A DNA stretch of 64,000 nucleotides from Nannocystales bacterium (lineage in GTDB: Bacteria; Myxococcota_A; Polyangia; Nannocystales; Nannocystaceae): assembly GCA_050633305.1 (NCBI GenBank), contig JBOEGF010000018.1, forward strand, positions 352,001 through 416,000, read 5' to 3'. Below are positions 59,335 to 64,000 of the stretch, piece after piece. Each line of letters begins with the position of its first letter. Position 1 is the stretch's first letter. The notes under the pieces were generated by a model, which was given only the letters and a program-made list of their open reading frames with translations, was not told where the DNA came from and did not search any database. Made by a program: the position numbers and the translations under genes.

Positions 59335-61119
59335 ATGGTGGAGCGGGCGGTGTTTGCCGCCGTCGCAGTTGTGCTCGCGTTCGTTCCTGGGGCGGCCGTG
59401 GCACAGATTCAGGGTCTGTCGTGGCAGGACGACGTCTCGGCGGTGCTGCGCTTCACGGTCGCGGGCGCCCTGTTGGTCGGGTTTGGGTACGCGTTGACCC
59501 TCCGTCGCGCCGCCGATCGGTGGTCGGCGCTGCGCCGAGCAAACCTGAGGGCGCTGCCGTTGCTGGGCATGCCGCTGTTGGGGCTGTTGCTGGACCCGGA
59601 CGTCGCGACCACCCGGGGCGGGCTGATCATCGCGGCAGTGGTGGGGTGGGGCGTGATGGCCGGCGTGTCGACGTTGCACGGGCGAGACCGGGTTCCTCGC
59701 GGTGCCCACCGGGTGGAGCTGTGGGGGGTGGTCGCGGCTGCGCTCATTGTGGGGGCATGGCTCGCGCGTCTTGCCCTCATCCGCGACTCCTCGATGCAAA
59801 CGAACACGTACGACTTCGGTCTGTTCGTCAACGCGATCTGGAACACCTCCGCGGGCCGGCCGTTTGTGTGCTCGCTGGTCCCCAGTGGCTCGGTCCTCGA
59901 CGAGCATGTTTCGCTCGCGCTGCTCGTCTTTGCCGGGTTGATGAAGGCAGGGCTCCCTCCACGCGGATTCCTTGTCCTTCAATCGGTCTGGATCTGCCTG
60001 GGCGCGGTGCCTTTGTTCCTGCTTGCACGACGGCACCTCGGGGCCGCGGGGGCACGCGTGTTCGCGCTGGCCTACCTGCTTCATCCCTCAGTGCACGTCA
60101 ATGCGTTGTGGGACTTCCACCCGATGAGCTTCGCCGCACCATTGCTGATCACGCTGGTGCTCTACGGCGAGCGTCGTCGTCTGCACGTCGGGTTTGTGCT
60201 GAGTGCCGCGGGCTTGCTGATGCTTCGCGAGGAGTTCGCGTTCGTGTTGGTCGCGTTCTCGGTGACGCTCGTGTCGCGGGGGCAGACGCGCCGGGCTGCG
60301 GGCCTGGTTGCGAGCGCACTCGCGTTCCTCGTGATGCTCAACGTGACGATGGGACAAACCTCGAGTCATCTCGCACGGTACGCCGATGTGGCCGAGCGCG
60401 GCGGGGGGGGGATCGTCGGGATGATGCTCGCCACGTTGTTCGAGCCGGCCTTCGTGCTGGGCTACGCGTTGAGCTACGCCAAGGTCGTGTACGTCGGGAT
60501 CCAAGGAGCCGGCGTTCTCGCGATGGCCGCGTGGGTCCGCCGAGCGTGGCCGATGCTCGCCCTCGCGTGTGCGTTCTCGATGCTGGCGAGCAGTCGCGCC
60601 GTCTACAACCCGTTCTTCCACTACACCACGATGCTCTACCCGCTCGCGCTGGCATGGGCCCCAGAGGGTCTGTCTCGACTCGCTGCGCGGCCGTGGAGTG
60701 CGCGGTCGATTCGTGTCCGGCGTCGAGCATTGGTGGTCGCTGTTGGCGTCGCGTCCGTCGGAATGTCGCTGACCTACGGCGGGCTGCACGACAATGAGGT
60801 GTTCCGCGCTGGCTTCCGGTCCCCGCGCAGAGCGATCTCGGAGCGCGCCCAGGAGCGCCTCGAGTGGTTGCACTCGCAACTCGCCGCGCTGCCCCCCGAG
60901 ATGCCGATCGCCGTCACCGGTCGCGTGGGTCCGCATGCTGCCACGCGACCCCAAGTGTATGCGTTCCCGACCGATCATGAGGTGGACGCGCTCGTGGTGT
61001 TTCAGGGCGACCTCCGTCGCGAAGACAAGTCGGCGCTGCGAACCGCGGTGGGGCGGGGCGAGTGGGCGATGGCGGCATCGTCGGGGTCGCTGGCGATCTA
61101 CCGCCGCGTGTCTCGTTGA
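59335..61119 (+). CDS. DUF2079 (GT-C-like) integral membrane protein
   Basis: YDFGLFVNAIWN..G; EH; WDFHP; REE; FHY motifs; many TMs. Confidence 0.8.
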   Translation: MVERAVFAAVAVVLAFVPGAAVAQIQGLSWQDDVSAVLRFTVAGALLVGFGYALTLRRAADRWSALRRANLRALPLLGMPLLGLLLDPDVATTRGGLIIAAVVGWGVMAGVSTLHGRDRVPRGAHRVELWGVVAAALIVGAWLARLALIRDSSMQTNTYDFGLFVNAIWNTSAGRPFVCSLVPSGSVLDEHVSLALLVFAGLMKAGLPPRGFLVLQSVWICLGAVPLFLLARRHLGAAGARVFALAYLLHPSVHVNALWDFHPMSFAAPLLITLVLYGERRRLHVGFVLSAAGLLMLREEFAFVLVAFSVTLVSRGQTRRAAGLVASALAFLVMLNVTMGQTSSHLARYADVAERGGGGIVGMMLATLFEPAFVLGYALSYAKVVYVGIQGAGVLAMAAWVRRAWPMLALACAFSMLASSRAVYNPFFHYTTMLYPLALAWAPEGLSRLAARPWSARSIRVRRRALVVAVGVASVGMSLTYGGLHDNEVFRAGFRSPRRAISERAQERLEWLHSQLAALPPEMPIAVTGRVGPHAATRPQVYAFPTDHEVDALVVFQGDLRREDKSALRTAVGRGEWAMAASSGSLAIYRRVSR

Positions 61120-61236
61120 ACCGCCGGAGGGCGGGCGCGACCGGTCGCGTCGGTCTGGGAGATCGACGATTTTGGGGGAAGGGGAGCGCGGGTTGCCCCG
61201 GATCCCGCACGGGGTATTATCCCGCACCGAGCCGCC

Positions 61237-63771
<2,535 letters not shown>

Positions 63772-63829
63772 GCTGCCTGCGCAGGCATCGTGTTGACGGG
63801 ACGCGGTCTGGACCCCGTATCATTGCGGA

Positions 63830-64000
63830 ATGTGGGGTCGATGCATTCGGTGGGGGTTGGTGTCGCTGCTGGGATGCGGCTGCTCCGCGGGTGCGATTGA
63901 CCAGGGCGCAACGTTCGGGACGCCGAACACGGTCCCAGAAGATGACGGGCCGGGCTCGACCGGCGGGACGGTGTTGACCACGGGGGTCACCGAGAACCCT
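63830..64000 (+). CDS. Probable lipoprotein N-terminus (runs off window)
   Basis: Manual translation MWGRCIRWGLVSLLGCGCSAG...STGGTVLTT; TATCAT 6 nt upstream. Confidence 0.55.
   Translation, partial: MWGRCIRWGLVSLLGCGCSAGAIDQGATFGTPNTVPEDDGPGSTGGTVLTTGVTENP

Overview
High-GC (~67% by eye) bacterial DNA with the typical gene content of a myxobacterium, probably Nannocystaceae-like (inference): Ser/Thr-rich lipoproteins with Myxococcus Cys-rich repeats, a MYXO-CTERM protein, three tandem Ser/Thr kinases, an ECF sigma/FecR pair and a CglC-like lipoprotein. About 55 CDSs can be supported. They include ALDH, two TetR regulators, arfB, an amidohydrolase-TSP3 lipoprotein, NUDIX, PilZ, GST, a steroid 5-alpha-reductase-like enzyme, three channel genes, a desaturase, Mini-RNase III, an orphan vgrG locus, an L,D-transpeptidase, DPP III, ygiQ, fxsA, udk, PIN-PhoH, gap and an SLC12-like cotransporter. 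No rRNA, tRNA, CRISPR array or mobile element was recognised. The most striking unexplained element is a ~325-nt non-coding segment (minus strand, ~9794-10118) between NUDIX and PilZ. It has a sigma-54 -24/-12 promoter with upstream palindromes, about 17 CUUR motifs in ~205 nt, and two terminal hairpins whose G-U pairs fix the strand. It is a candidate undescribed protein-sponging sRNA. Also notable: many genes appear leaderless (TAnnnT 6-9 nt before the start codon), a NemR/LmrA-like TetR appears to control an ECF sigma through twin operators, and a CASTOR/POLLUX-type channel carries a voltage-sensor-like module.
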